DNA of 64,000 nucleotides from Thalia democratica (GCA_965202585.1 OZ241833.1:24242001-24306000), one strand, 5' to 3'; positions 49,824 to 64,000 are shown, counted from the stretch's first letter. Notes: generated by a model from the sequence alone, not told the origin. Numbers and translations: made by a program.

Positions 49824-51016
49824 CAGTGGCGTCGCGTGGTTTTTTTGTTAGGGGGTGCTGCATATTGTTATTGTCAAATTAAAATATCTCATAGTTTGAA
49901 ACATTTAGATTAAAACCATAAAGGTAATATGAAGAAATAAAAAAAAGTTTAGAAAAAAGTTGAACATATTTGTTTAATTTAAAAATAAATAAGATATAAC
50001 AAATAATATAAACTAAAAAACACATATCTCATACCTTTGTAAATCATCACCCTTTCTTAACAACTATAGCTACTTTCATTTTTATTTATGTCCATGTAAA
50101 TTTCTGCACAATTATGAATTTACTAGCTTAATTTTATGACTTGTCTAACTAGTAATAAAAAACAAGTTTATTTATTCTCGAGTTGCCCCTGCTCGAGTTG
50201 TTCCTGCTCGAATTGTTCCTGCTCGAGTTTTTCCTGCTCGAGTTTTCCCTGGTCGAGTTGCCCCTGCTCGAGTGTTTTCTTTCTCGAGTTGCCCCTGTTC
50301 GAGTTTTTCCTGCTCGATTTGCTTCTGCTCGAGTTTTTCCTGCTCGAATTGTTCCTGCTCGAGTTGCCCCTGTTCGTGTTTTACCTGCTTGAACTGCTCC
50401 TGCTTGAGTCTTCCCTGCTTGAAATGCTCCTGCTCGAGTCTTCCCTGCTTGAACTGCACCTGCTCGAGTTTTCCCTCCTCGAGTCATTCTGCTCAAGTTC
50501 AACTTGTCTTATTGTTCTCGCGTTGTAGTAAATTTTCAAGAACGATAATGATTTAATGCACATGGTGCTGAAAGTTCATGCAGCTCAAGAATTCAACTTT
50601 TCAACATATTTTGTATTGAAAACTTGTAAACAATTAAGATGCAGCTGATACAGATTAAGCTTGCAGCTCTAATTTTACGAACATCTTGTACATCAAATAT
50701 ATAAATTTGAAAAATACTAATTTAGCAGGGAATTTAACGACGTTCATGTACACATTTGGCTGTATTTTTTGTACAATTTCATAATAAGATAACTTTTTTT
50801 TTTAGATTAATATAACTTTTTTATACCATTTTGAAGCTTAACTCCTAAGCTTTGAAATAAAGTTACTTTGAAGTAGTTTGGGGTTGTACAGCTGAAGCAG
50901 GGGCCCGTTTAAAGCAGCGTGTTTAAAGGCTTAAACTCTAAAATCACAAAAAAAGTTTGCATAATTTTTTAAGGTGAAGCTACAGCTCCAGCGTTCCACC
51001 CCACGCGACGCCCCTG
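49824..51016. mobile_element. Non-autonomous hAT-superfamily transposon, 1193 bp
   Basis: 16-bp TIRs CAG(T/G)GGCGTCGCGTGG with 1 mismatch, and a perfect 8-bp TSD CTACGCAC (49816-49823 and 51017-51024). No transposase ORF. Confidence 0.92.
50170..50500. repeat. Degenerate 15-bp tandem array inside the hAT element
   Basis: Unit like GCTCGAGTT(G/T)(T/C)(T/C)CCT, about 20 copies; reads as LEQEK-like pentapeptides on the minus strand. Confidence 0.88.
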
Positions 51017-54000
51017 CTACGCACATTTTAAAACATAATGTGGAAATAATAATGTTTACAATGAAAATATGAGTTAAAACGAATTAAAATATGGCATAAA
51101 TAAAAGTTAAAGTTTTGAAATCAAACACTAAACAATTTCAGGTAAACTTTAAACAATTTAAGTAAATATTTTCGTTTATAAAGTCTTTTTTTTTTGTAAT
51201 TTGGTTATATATAACCTAGTAAAACTATTTTATTTGGTAAACTTATTTACTTAAACTAAGTATAAGTTTAAAATTAGACGAATCGCTTATAAAATTTATT
51301 ATCTGAATTAGTAAAAACAGTTGTTAAATCTTAAAATATTTGAAGCTGAACTTTTAAAGGTTTCCTAAACAATGAAAACTTATCACAATAAGCTTACTAA
51401 AAACAGTTCATATATTCAAAAATTTCCTATACTTATAGTAATTAAAGGTCCAGTCATACTACTTAACAACTTAAATTAGTTCTATTTCGGTAATTTTCGT
51501 TTAAATATAAGGACTAAAATAGAAAAGATGCATTTTGTCAAGTACTTAAATAATTGTTTTATGACTCATATTTAGCGCATAAACTTAAATTGACATATTT
51601 TCTTTAAGTGTTAAAAGTCTTAGCTATAATTTTATAGTTTACAAAAGAGCGATTTGTGCAATTGATAGAATCTATTTATAAAAAAACAATATGTAAAAAG
51701 CTACACTAAACATAAATAACTTGTTTAGAGCAGTTTTTAATGAGTCAGTAAATTAAATTTGAAAGTATTTTTACAGTGGTTCGTTTTGTTTATTAAGTTA
51801 AGCGGTAGGGCTACTGAGGTCAAGATAACTAATAATTTATCTAGTTTGTTTAACTTAATTAAACTTGGCACTAACCTTTAGTTTCTACGTAGTACTGTTT
51901 TGGTAAGTTTATATTTATTTAAAGAGAAAGTCTGAATTTCTGAACTTCTATATTGAATGTATCTGTTCATTCGAGAAGGTGTTTTCAACTGAATACATTT
52001 AGTGTAAACCATGTTAATTGTACCATTGTATGGAAGTATAGCTTATCTATTTACTTAAAAGTATGTATTCTTTTATGTTTATTAAAAGCTTCATAGCTTA
52101 AAATAGCTAATTTAAAACTCTTATACAACTCAATAGAAACAAAATATTTTTTGACTTAAGTTTTAATTAAGTATTTTTTAGCAATAAGTAGATTAGGTTT
52201 TCAAGTTAACTATTTTAAAAAACTTAAATGATGAAAAATTACTTGTAAATAGTTTTTACGTTATTTTTTTTTTGTTAAAGTGCTATAAAATAGAAGTTTT
52301 TCCACTTTCATCTTAAACATATTGAATTTTTTACATAGTAATACAGTTTAATTTAGAACAGTAGTCGAAAATCTAAATTTAAAAGTTTATAAAGTATACA
52401 ACTATTAAGAAAAAAAAAAGAAATATCACTTTTGTAATCGTAACACAACAACTTTGAAAACTGAGTTTAAAACTCAATTGCCACAGTTGTTTCTTTAATG
52501 GGATTTTTATAATGAGTAAGCTAGTTAAGAATAAAATAACTTTTTTAGCTTTGTATAAGTTCTATAGAACTTTTAGACTGAACTTAGGGGACATCAAACT
52601 GTGGCCCACAAGCCGGTTCAAGACGTATTTTTAGGTCGAAAAAAACTCTAGTAAAACAATCAAGTTTGAGCTTTTATGATAATTATTAAGAAGTGTACTC
52701 TTAATTGTTTTTATTTTACAATTGTTTTAGAAATGTTTTGTTTTCAGTTTTCTTTTATTAAAACTTTTCTAGTTTATCTCGAACCGCGTAGAATTTTTAA
52801 TAAAATATTGCCCTATACTCACAAAATCCGGCCAAACCTCATTAAATATTTAAAAACATGAATTTAAATGTTTTTATTTAAGCTATAAGTTAATTTTTCT
52901 AATTAACCCTTTTCTATAGCCGTTAAAAATATAGAACTTGATCAGTCCAACTCTAAAAAGAAAATATAATAAGCTTTCTCGGCTATATACTTTCAAGGCA
53001 CTATAAGTAATAACAAAGCTTTTAGGAAATTTAAACTTAAAGAAAAGTAATAAAATTAATATTGTAATTATGCTACTAGTTAATTAGTTTGTTCAAAGTT
53101 AAACTTAATTAGAATGTTATAGTCGTAATTGATTATAATTAGATTCTTTAAACATTAAATTTTATCTAACAATTTGTTAATTGAAATTTTCTTTTAATAA
53201 CGAAACAAAGTACTTTAATAATTTGTACGTTTTAATTTAAATTTTAAGTCTAAGTTTTTTATTGTTTAAAATATCAATATAAACAAATTAGACAGAAAAT
53301 TTTTATACAATAACGAGCTTTATATAAATATTAGAAATCAGATAGTATATTTCGTTAAAAATTTAAAGAAACGTATATAATTTAGAGTTTATAGAATGCA
53401 TTAATTACTTTTGAGCCAAATAAATCAGTTAGTTTTCTTTTGTTTGTTATGTAAATCAAAAATTTTAAAGTTTTTAAGTACAAAAAATTATTAAACTATT
53501 GAAAATTACAACAGACAAGCTGTTAGATCTAAGTACAATTAAAATCCATTTTAGTTAAAGTTATAAATTAATGATACATTTGATATACTAACTAGCTTTA
53601 ATAATAAAATACATTATTGATTTGAAAAGTATTTAAATTTATAACATAACACTGCTTTTGGATGTAGTTGTTTTTTTTTTTTAACATTTACAACGAATTG
53701 AGTGTATTTTTTTTACACACTTACTTTTATTTATCAGTTAAAATTTTGTCATCCTAAGTTAAAAAGCAAAAAAAAAATTATGTTCCAGCTTAATAATTTA
53801 TTTAACAGATAACAACTTTAACTTAAAAATAACTTGTTAATAAAAATATGAAATTGTAGTTCCTGTTTTTACTAAATGTTAGTAAAAATCAAAAAGTTAT
53901 TAAAAAACTTAAAATTTTGAGTGTATGACCTTTTTCATTTTATTGACTTAATTGAGAAATATACAAACACCTTCATAACCAAAAACTGAAAAAAAAAGTT

Positions 54001-56055
54001 TAATTGAATTAGGGAAGTAATATAATTAAATTATTAACCACAAAACGTTAACTTGCTCAAATAGAATGAATGCTTTAGGTCTACTAATCTAAGCAACTTA
54101 TACCTACAGAACTGCTGAGCTTAACAACACTACTTATGTATTTTTAATGGTTTAGTACTAAGACCAGCTTTTGTAATTAAGACTATAATTAAATAAGACT
54201 TAGACCTAAATATTACTAATTGTTTTAATTAGACTATTGTGGTTAATTTGCATTTTAAAAAATTAACCTGCTAATTTTAATTTCAAAAAAATAGAAAGTT
54301 TGAAATAGTTATCCTTGATTAAAACTTGTCAATGATTCAACGGTTATGTATTTTGAAACTTTCAAAAGTATCAAATTGCGCATAACCCTTGACTCAAAAA
54401 AGAATACAAGAAAAAAGGGAAGAAAGCATTTTAAATAAATTTCCCGTTAGCATCTGTTGTTTATACATTGAACTTTAAGCAGTTCACAACTAACTGTTTT
54501 TGCATGTGACGTTTTAATTTTTCATTAGCTGTTTTTTTCATGTTTTATATTTTTTTATGTTATGAACTTAGTTTTTACAAACTTGTTTACGCTATTTAGT
54601 TTTTTTTTTTTTAAGCAGGGTAAGTTTTTTTAAACTACAATTATACTTAAACTTTATATGCAAACAAAACTGTATATAGAAACGAAAAGTTTTTTGTCAT
54701 TTAATAAATCTTTATATTTGTGACTTGAGTCAGTTACGTTTAAAATTTAAGAGTATAGGAAGTCTAGGTTTTTTATATCAAAATTTTTTTAAGTTATGTT
54801 TAAAAAAATTTACTTTAATAACTTTATTTTTAAGATTTTTCGTGTTTTTTATACTTAAAACTGTATTTAACTAAGTTGCAAAATATAGCATTTAATGTGA
54901 ACTAAAGTACATAGTTTAAGGTTATAAGACATATAAACCTATTTACTAAAGCAATGCTTTCTTATTAGTTGACTTTTAAGATGTTGAGATAGAGCACAAA
55001 ATCAAAACAGCGTAAAAAAGCATGTTTTAATCATAAGACTACCTTAATTTGTTCAAGATTTTTATAAAAATTGTGTAAAAGTATGACTTTTCATTACTTT
55101 CCTTTCTAATTCAGTTTATAATTAACTTACAGTAGTTTAAAAATTTAATTCGTGAAATTTTGAGTTTTTTTTCAATCAGTTGGAAATATGAATGCATTAT
55201 TTATTACGATTTCAATTCTACTTTCCGGTAAGCTTTTGGTTTATAATACTAGCATAACAATTAAAGTAAAAAAATAAATCTTATTTTAAATGTATAGTAG
55301 AGTTACTCTAAGCTTCTTAATTGTTTTATTTAAGAATGGAGTCAAATTTCAATGAGCTGAAAAAATGACTTATTCAACTACTGTTTAAATTTTAAGAATT
55401 TAACAATGGTGTAATTTTTTGAAAATCTGTTTACCTGTCTAAAAAATTTAAAATGACTTCAGAAATTTAAAAATACGTCTTGGTTAAAACAAAAACTGTT
55501 TTTTTAACTGTTAGCACAGTTTTAATTGATACAATTTCAATAAAAATTAGAAAAACTAAAAAAAAAAATTTGTACAACAATAACCCCTTTTTAGAATTTA
55601 TAAGTAAAAATTTAAGTCTTTTAATAATAGGAAACGCCTTTTTTTAACGTATTTGATATACAACTTTCCATACTAAAAAGTTTTCTTTGCTGCAGATATT
55701 TTATGTGATAAACAAGTTTACATTTTTTCTATGTATTTTATGTTTCTTTAGTTTACTTTATTTTTTAGAATAGGTTGTTTTTATTAAACAAGTACAGTAA
55801 TGATTTATAGTATACATAAGGGGTTCAATGCAAAGTAGTAGTGAATCGAAACTCAGTCTAAGATGCTTTCAGACACAAAATAACTTTTAACTATACAAAA
55901 AATGCACACTTTCACACAGTAAAGCTTATACTGAAAATAAGTTTGTAGAAAATAAAACCACAGCAAGTAACAGACTAATCGGTGCTTTTTTTGCTAATGA
56001 AAAATATATTAGTATTTAAAATTTTTAAGTAATTAAATAAATAATTTTTCACGCC

Positions 56056-58954
56056 ATGCGAAGTTTGATGGCTTATGAAACTCTACTTTTAACCATTAGT
56101 CATAATTATCCAGGAGAAACTTTTTCGAATCCAATTGAAACTTTAAACTACGAATACGAAGACATTGCAAACATTATACTGCAAGACCAGCTGAACATGG
56201 AATCTTTTTCAAACTTCTCCGCCGATCCGGTCGAGTACGACTACGGTGGGTTTTCAAACGACACTGAAGACTATTTGTACGAAGAAGACTATCAAAATGA
56301 TGGAACAGACGTGATCGTAGAAGGTTTGAGCAGCAACACTGCAGCAATTGAAGTTGAAGCTGAAAGTTCCGGGGTTTACGCAGAAGGCAGTTAGTAATTT
56401 TTATTTACATTCTAAAATTTAACAAAGTAATCTGTATGTAACCATTTATTGCTAAAATATAAAGCAAAAATAACCACCTTGATAAGTTTAAAAAAAGCTT
56501 AATTTAAAATTATATTAAGCAGTTTTATACTTACTTATTTATTAAAACTCTTAAATTATAAGTAAGTCTAAAATGTACTACTAATAATGTATAAATGCTA
56601 CTAATAAAGTATAATAAGAAAATAAAAATAAACAATTGCAACCGTTTTCAGAAATCGGATAAATAATACATGTCATCCGTAAAAAAATCATCATAGCCTA
56701 TATAAGTTCTTTTTTAATTCTTAAACTGTTGATTTAAAAAAAATACTCGTAAGCAGCTAAAACTGTTTTATTTTACTAAATCAAAAACGTTATATATTAA
56801 ATATTTATATTATTTTTAAATATGTTGTATTTAAAGTATTATGATTTTAGGTTAAAACACTTCTAAACATTTTTATTATGCTGTTTTCTTTTTTCTCAGT
56901 TGCAACAGAAAAGGCTTCCAACAATTACTGTTTATGGATTTCAAATTCCGAAGAAGAGAAAAAATGCTGCGATATTTTAGGGGTGAGACTTATTTATTTT
57001 TGTTTTTTAGAATTCAAAAAAAAAACACGTCAGCTTATAAGTTTGATTATTTTTTATTACATCAACAGTTCGGAAACACGACTTCAAGAACCAACGCAGC
57101 TTCGCAAGACGACGACAACAAAATTGGTGGTTGCGCCAAAAAGTACCTGAAAATGGTTGATAACGCCGAAGGTGCCGGCTCGGGGTTCGGCGCAGTGAGC
57201 TTCAGGAGCGTGGCCAGAGGGGAAGAGTGCAAGCTTACGAAGGCGAAGTGGTTCATGCAGATACTCTGCTGCCGGCAGAAGCTTCCGAACATTTGCCATG
57301 GTAAGCAAGCAGAAGATTAGAGTAATTTGTTTTAGCAGAACTTTCAAATACCTAAAATCGCTAGTTGCTTTCTTAAAAAAAATTGAAAGGTTGTTTGTGT
57401 TAATAAATTTAATTTTTCAGCTGGTTTAAGTTCATAGTTATTCATTTTCTTCTAATTGTTAAACGCTATCGTTGTTAAGCTAAATGAGTAATTGGTTGAT
57501 GAAGTTCTTATACTCAAAAAAAAACATTCATCTTGATCAATAAGTAAAGTTTACTTTGAAATGACTAAGAAATTTCATTTGTTATAGTCAACTTGAAAGT
57601 AGTAGGTTTGAAAATTATGTATATCAACAACTTTATATTACTCAAATGGTTTTGTCAATACAATAAATTAAAACAAAAATTGGTTTGAACTAAGTTACAG
57701 TTTCTTTTGAAATTTTTAGTGCTAAAAAAAATGCTCCTTTAAACAAACAACAAGTTTTTTGTATAGGTATAAATTTAAAACCAGTAAAAGTTTCATTTTT
57801 TAAACAAACCAAACACTTTTTTTGATACATTCATTATACAAGTTTATGTATAACTTCTTAAAATTTATTGATTCTCGAAGTTGATTTTAAACCAATTTTT
57901 CCTTCAGTTAAAAACCTAATTAGATCTTCAGTTGAAATAAATGCGTTATTTAAATAGAAGCTATATAAATAAACTTAGAGCTTACAATCTTCTACATCAT
58001 AGAAATAAAGTTTCAACAAAACCATTTTTTAAATAATTTTCAATGGATCAAAGTTTTGTAATTAATCTACAATACAAATAAATGTTCTTGCAGTTTTTGC
58101 ATAGTTTAAATAATTTCAAATCCATTGATTAACTTAGTTCCTACTTTCTTGTAGCACTACTTATGCTTTTTCAAACTTTTTACAGTTTTAAATTTATAAA
58201 AAGAAAGAAAAACAGGAAACTAATTAAAGAACTCAAGCTAAATCTTAAAATTTCAGCCTTTTTAGCTAACTAGTAGTTAATAGTAACAACTTTGTTATTG
58301 ACTCGTGCTTTTACTTAGCTTTTAAATAAAATTTTTGTTACAGTATAAAATTTACAAAACTTTTTTCTTCATACGTATTTACCATCTCTGTGTAAATACG
58401 TTATAAACTGTTTTAAAATAGATCATTATAATTTAACATATTTTTTATCATTAAAATAACTATAAAATTTGAATTTATAATAAGAGTTATTAATGTTTAT
58501 TTTAGAAGTATTGAATTCAAGACTTTCATTAAAAGTGATATTACAACTGTTTATAGCTGTAACTTCAAGTGACAGAAAGCTTTTTAAAATTTAATTCAAA
58601 ATTTTATAAAAATTTTTATTTAAATAAATTAGATTTCACATAACAACTGCTGTTGTAATGTAAAATCCTAACAAATATTCTAAGTTTTATATCAATTAAT
58701 TTTTTATAATATCTTATTTCAATAAATAAGTAAATATTAAATTATAAAGGATGTTACTTTGTAAAAAGTAGAACCTTTTTAATATAAAAAGTAATTTGGT
58801 TATTGAAATAAATATAAATATACATTGCTGAATAAAATATAATCAAGTATCTAACAAAAATTTAGAAATAGACGGATTGTGTCACAAGTGTCAAAACTTA
58901 TGTTGGAAGAATTCTTGCAGGAAGAAAAAGAAAAGCAAATACGGAGGAAATTAA
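56056..58954 (+). CDS. Orphan protein (~245 aa): acidic Tyr-rich N-terminal half, Cys-rich C-terminal half, basic tail; 4 exons
   Basis: Exons 56056-56389, 56900-56982, 57069-57300 and 58866-58954 join in frame through GT-AG sites (phases 1, 0, 1) and end ...CCRQKLPNICHEIDGLCHKCQNLCWKNSCRKKKKSKYGGN*. The true start is uncertain. Confidence 0.68.
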
Positions 58955-61311
58955 TATTTGTTCTGATTTTTTATACATAACTGAAGCTTAAACAAAATTT
59001 TCATAAAAAAACAAATAATTAGGTGAAAATTTTTTAAGTTCTTGCTTAATTCTTTTAGTATCTGTGTTTAAATTTTTTATCCTACATTAAATACATTTAA
59101 GTAAGAAAAACAAGGTTTAGTGCAGCTTTTATTTAAATTGATGTTACAAAAGACAAATAAGATGTTAATTTTTAATGCATAAGTGTTTTATCAATTTAAA
59201 ATTTTTAAGTTTACTTTTATCGTAAAACATTTTAACTTTTTTTTACTGTACGATAAAGTTTTGAATTCCATTACTAAAACTTTTTTTAATTTTAATCGCT
59301 AGTTTTAACACTATTAATACTTAAAGAAACTTATAAGTCATCTAATTTGTTTAAAAATATTTACTTTGTACAAATGAAAAAAAACTCTTTAGGCAATGGT
59401 AGCATAATTTAAAACAAAAGTACCTTTAAATGAATTAAAATATACTTGTTATATTAAAACGTTTTGAATTTCTACTTTTTTAACTGCTAATGTTTGTATA
59501 AAAAACAATAAAAAACACAAAATTAAGTTGTTAGCTAACTGTGTATCACATTTCTGAAACTACTAGACTTTAATCTTTTTAATACACGTAAAAAGATCTC
59601 AATACTTTGTTTCTGTAAAAAGTGCATTTTGTGTTGCTTGTGTGTATTTTTAGGCGTTGATGAACATGATTTGTTGGTATAAGTTTGTTAGTTTAGTATA
59701 TCTACTACAATTCTATTAGCATTTAACATTACAAATTGTTTAATTGTTTTTTACTATAGTCCCGTTCTAATGCAAGTTCATTAAAACAAACCTTTTTATT
59801 AATCATTAAGTTTTTAATATTTTTCAAAAACAAAGTCACAGAGTTTTGCTTTTTACAAAAATTTTTGGTAGTCTAACACATTTTCAAATCGTAAGCAAAC
59901 TTTTAAACTTTTGTCAAAAATTAAGATTTGTTTGTTTTTTAATGATAACATATGTAGCTTGTATTAGATAAGCTTCTCTTGTTTTACTAATTCGTTCCAA
60001 AAAACCTTACGTAACCAACTGTAGTGCTTTAAACTTGTTATAGATACCTTAAAAAAAAACAGTAAATAAATGTACTTAATCTCGCAAACCCAGTATAATA
60101 TAGCTCATAAACTGTATCTAAATTTGCTGTGTCTGACTAAGTAAGATTCACTTATGTAACTTTTATTGTTATGGAACCGGAAATACTGAAGACGCATGTG
60201 AAGATATTTTTTTTTTAAGTTTTACTACTAGTAATGTTTTCCAAAACTGTAGCTTTATAGTTGCTATTTGATCCTGTAAAAAAACGTGTTGCTTTATAAA
60301 ATAGTTTGCAGTAAAAAAATAAATTCTTAAATTTGTTGTTAGTTAATTTAAATTAATTTAAAGAGAAAAGTAAATTCATAGCAACAAACAAGGATAAAAG
60401 CTATTTTTAGCTTGTTAAGTTTCTTTTTTTTAATACTGTGCTCTAAAAATTGTCACATGTTTTTCTAATATCAAAATGTTAGGTAATTTTACCAATAAGA
60501 AGATCAGAAAAAGAAAGTTAGTTTCAATTTTTTTTTTCAGTTAGCCTTAACCATTCTAAAAGCTAAATTGGTGATAATTTTTTCTAATTTGTTTAGCTAT
60601 TATAAGTATTTCAAGTACAAGGTTCTGTAAAACTTAACTAGAAAATTAAAACATATGTAGTTTTTAAGCTTACACACTTGATCACTTTGACTTATGAGTG
60701 TAAAACCTAAAAAACCTATTTAGAGTATAGTACACTTTGAGGTTAACACTTTTATTGACTTTTAAGTAACACTATTTGAAAAATATCGAAGTGTAGGAAA
60801 TTATACATAAAACAAAACAGATCTTAAAACGCTAGTTAAACTTTGAACTAAATAGAAAATTTTTATACAAAAAAATATATATACAACTGATTTTGCTCTT
60901 ATTTTACCCTTTTTTTCAAAACCATGGTTATTTTAATTCCATAAATTAGGTTCCCAAAGTTATTTGAAGATAGTATTTTACGAAGTAATCTAAAATAATT
61001 TGTTTTAATCTTAAAATTAAGTTATATAAATAAAATGGTTAATTATTACAAAGTTTAGAGGCTGACAAAGTTTATAAAAGATTTATATTATAAGACGTGA
61101 AGTGACTTAAAGGACAAAAAGTCTCTATAACTATTATAAATTCCATTATGAATTATAAATAAATTAAACACGACTAATTTTTTCTTTACACCATAAAATT
61201 TCTTAACAGCTTTAGAATTTTATACTACACTCAAAACTTAGTAAAATTAAGGAGTTAAATTTTGTATTAAGTCAACATTCGTAACGTTTTTAAAGTTTAT
61301 ACTTTAAGTTC

Positions 61312-61486
61312 GGGACGGGTCAAATATGCACGAAGGGTTACTTTTGCACCAGAGTAAAAAACTGGAATAAAATTACCGACCATCTTTAAGGGGTAACAGT
61401 AAAAAATAAACCGACAAAGAGTAAGTGATAGTAAAAAAAAATCAGCTCGTGAAAAGTGTACCTTTGTGCATATTTGACACATACCC
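61312..61486. mobile_element. ~175-bp MITE
   Basis: Imperfect ~38-bp inverted ends sharing GTCAAATATGCAC(G/A)AAGG...ACTTTT; both ends begin GGG. Confidence 0.6.
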
Positions 61487-62249
61487 TTTTAATGTAGTCT
61501 TAAGTTGTATTGAACAATTTTTCAATAAAAAATCATATTAGAACAAAAGTCGTCATACTAAAGCATTCTTAAACATTTTCCTCTATGATCCTTATATGTT
61601 TAAAAACACATTTAGATTGCAATTAAAAAGGAGGCAATTTCACTTAAATGTCTTATTTATTTTTCTTAACAGCTTGTTAATGCTGATTGTATTCCAAAGA
61701 AAAAGATTATATCTCGTTTTTTAAAAAAGAACGTTTTCGGCTAAAATTACTCAATAAAACTTCAAATATTTCGAAGAACACGTCGAATAAAACTCGCAAA
61801 AAAACTATGTTTCTAATTTTTATATACTGGATCTAAAGATTTTAGTGTATATAAATATGTACCCAAACCGTGTCTAATACACCTTAACATGTAAAAGTTT
61901 ACTAGAGTACCTACAAAAAGCAACTATCTTGTACAAAAAAGTAGATAAAACTACTAAAAAAACTCATTAAACAAAAACACTTTTCTCGACTAAAAAAGAA
62001 ATTTTTAAGTGAAAGTATTTTTTTCTAGTTTTTTCTTTGATAGTTGCTAAAAAACAACAAAGTTTAATTTACTCAATAACCCTTTTAATTGCTTCGCGTC
62101 AACTGGCATAGCTTTCGGTGACATTTACTTTTTTGATGGCCTAAATGCAGTAACATTTTTCTGACCCTAATCATCAGAGTGAAACTCAAATTTTATTTTC
62201 CATTTTCAGGTCCATTGTGGTTTGTTTTTGTGTTTCTTGAAACATTAGA

Positions 62250-63001
62250 CAGAGTTCGTGCACGAAATTTAATCATTTAGCCTGATTGAGACCAATTTAG
62301 CCTGACATTTTTTCAAAGTAAGGAAAATCCCCTTTAGAAGTTTTTTTAGGTATTGGGGGTCTTGATTAGTATTACTGTAGTCTCTGACTTCAACCAGCTT
62401 TATCTCAAAAATATTTTGAGCTTTAAAAATCTGTAAAAAGCAACTCATAGCTTAGTTACAACTCAATAAACTAAGACTAAATTGTGAAAAAGGTGATTGA
62501 CCCCCCTATGCCCTTAACATAACAAATTCAGTGATAAGTTTAAAATAAGTGTTATATTAAAATTAATCAATCAATTAAGAAATTAAAACAGTTCAACCAA
62601 TCAAGCTCTGAAAAACATAGCTGATGTAAACAAACAGCTAAGTTGTTGAACTAAACTAAACTGTAATGTTCAAACTGTATTTTTTTATGATTTTTCATAA
62701 TTATGACGTATATAATCTACTCAAAACATAATAATGAAGATTCTTAAAATTTTTTGGAGATTCAACAAAAGCATTTATTTTTACAAATACTGACTAAATT
62801 TGTCTTTAAAAAGTAAATCTTTATTTAGAATTTAATTCACATCCCAATTTGAGATTTCTCAAATTTCTATAATCAAAATTTTTCAAGCATTTTAACTGAC
62901 AAAACTGAGATTCTAAAATTTTTGAATAAAAAACTGATTTAGCCTGACGTTTTTCAACTTTTTTCAAAAAAACTGATTTAGCCTGAAGCGCACGAACCCT
63001 G
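62250..63001. mobile_element. Non-autonomous hAT-like element, 752 bp
   Basis: TIRs CAGAGTTCGTGCAC / CAGGGTTCGTGCGC, subterminal ATTTAGCCTGA repeats at both ends, and flanking ATTAGA direct repeats (62244-62249, 63002-63007). Confidence 0.7.
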
Positions 63002-64000
63002 ATTAGACCAATTTGTAATTTTAAACTTTACGCAGTTATCAAAGGTCCTTCTTTAAAAGAAAATTAGCACAAAAATATTTGAAAAGTCCAACATTAAGAA
63101 AAAAAAAAATTTGTTTTATTGATTAGCTCAAAAGACAAAGTTGTAGTATAATAAATACCAGGTCATTAAAATATATTTTCTCAATTTCATCAGCTTACAG
63201 CTATATTATCTCTTAAAACAGTATATTTAACATAGTGGAAAAAAAACTTATATATTTGCAAAACATTAATAAAATAATTAGTTTAATCTTTTTATATTTT
63301 AAATAGAGTCAAACAACCAGCTCTTAAAAGCTCAATTTAAGATAGAATATTGTAACTAGCAATAAGTATCCAACGCAAAAAGTCTTTCAACAAAATATGA
63401 GAATTAAATCTCTTACAAAAAGACCTTATTGCAACTTTTACCTGTTCATATTTTTAATATTTACTTCTTTGAATTATAAAATATTTGATGTGTACTCAGA
63501 TCACGATTGTTAAAAAATAATATTCAATCTTATCATAAAAATCTTGTTCAATCTTTGGCTTGCAAGAATGTTTATTTATTTGTTATACATTATTTCGGTG
63601 TTGCGTTACACAAAAATAAATTAATTAATGAAAGTATTTTCATAATTATCTATATGCAAATGAAAAAGAAAAAAAAAATTGTTTTTCAAAAATTAAAGTT
63701 AAAGCACAGTGAAATAAGAAAAAGATACAACAAAGAAAAATTATCAGAATAAAAGTACAGAAGGCATTGTTTAAAGCACTGATTAAATTTTAAAAATAAA
63801 GGCACAAAATAAAAAATAGCAAAATTTTAAATTAATCAACATTCAAGTTTCTACATAAACATAGACTGAAACACTTTTTTTTTTTGTAAAAAGTAAAATA
63901 TCTATTAACGATCTTAAAAAACTTATGAAATGATTAATCTAATTACAAATTACAGCCTACTTAAACATCAAATTAAAAAATAATTACTCCATAATTACTT

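Noticed and set aside
50136-50563. Several short ORFs on both strands as a host repeat protein
   Set aside because: All arise from the 15-bp array inside a TIR/TSD-bounded transposon, with a frameshift and no splice support.
52586-52640. Degenerate hAT/Charlie-like left ends (also near 5505-5560)
   Set aside because: No matching right TIR or TSD found; too decayed to call.

Overview
AT-rich metazoan (invertebrate) genomic DNA with GT-AG introns; the species cannot be determined from this window. The main feature is an apparently intact 22,699-bp Ty3/Gypsy LTR retroelement on the minus strand (18319-41017). Its two 793-bp LTRs look identical by eye. It has a GTGT target-site duplication, a TGG-type PBS, a PPT and non-canonical TATAAC...GTTATA ends. 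It carries one uninterrupted 1715-aa Gag-PR-RT-RNaseH-IN ORF with a CHCC knuckle, which starts inside the 5' LTR. It also carries about 11 kb of internal spacer with a duplicated module and two 31-bp tandem arrays, a 571-aa env-like glycoprotein with herpes-gB/chuvirus-G-like class III fusogen motifs, and a 692-aa orphan coiled-coil ORF preceded by a canonical intron. Together this looks like a giant, recently inserted, retrovirus-like element. Host genes: a TSC22D/bunched long-isoform gene (minus, runs off the left edge), a single-coding-exon channel-type ClC-2-like gene, a single-coding-exon Mu-class GST, an 8-exon alpha-tubulin and a 4-exon orphan Cys-rich gene. Several non-autonomous DNA transposons are present, the best being a 1.19-kb hAT element with an 8-bp TSD. 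All family assignments come from motif recognition by eye; no database search was run.
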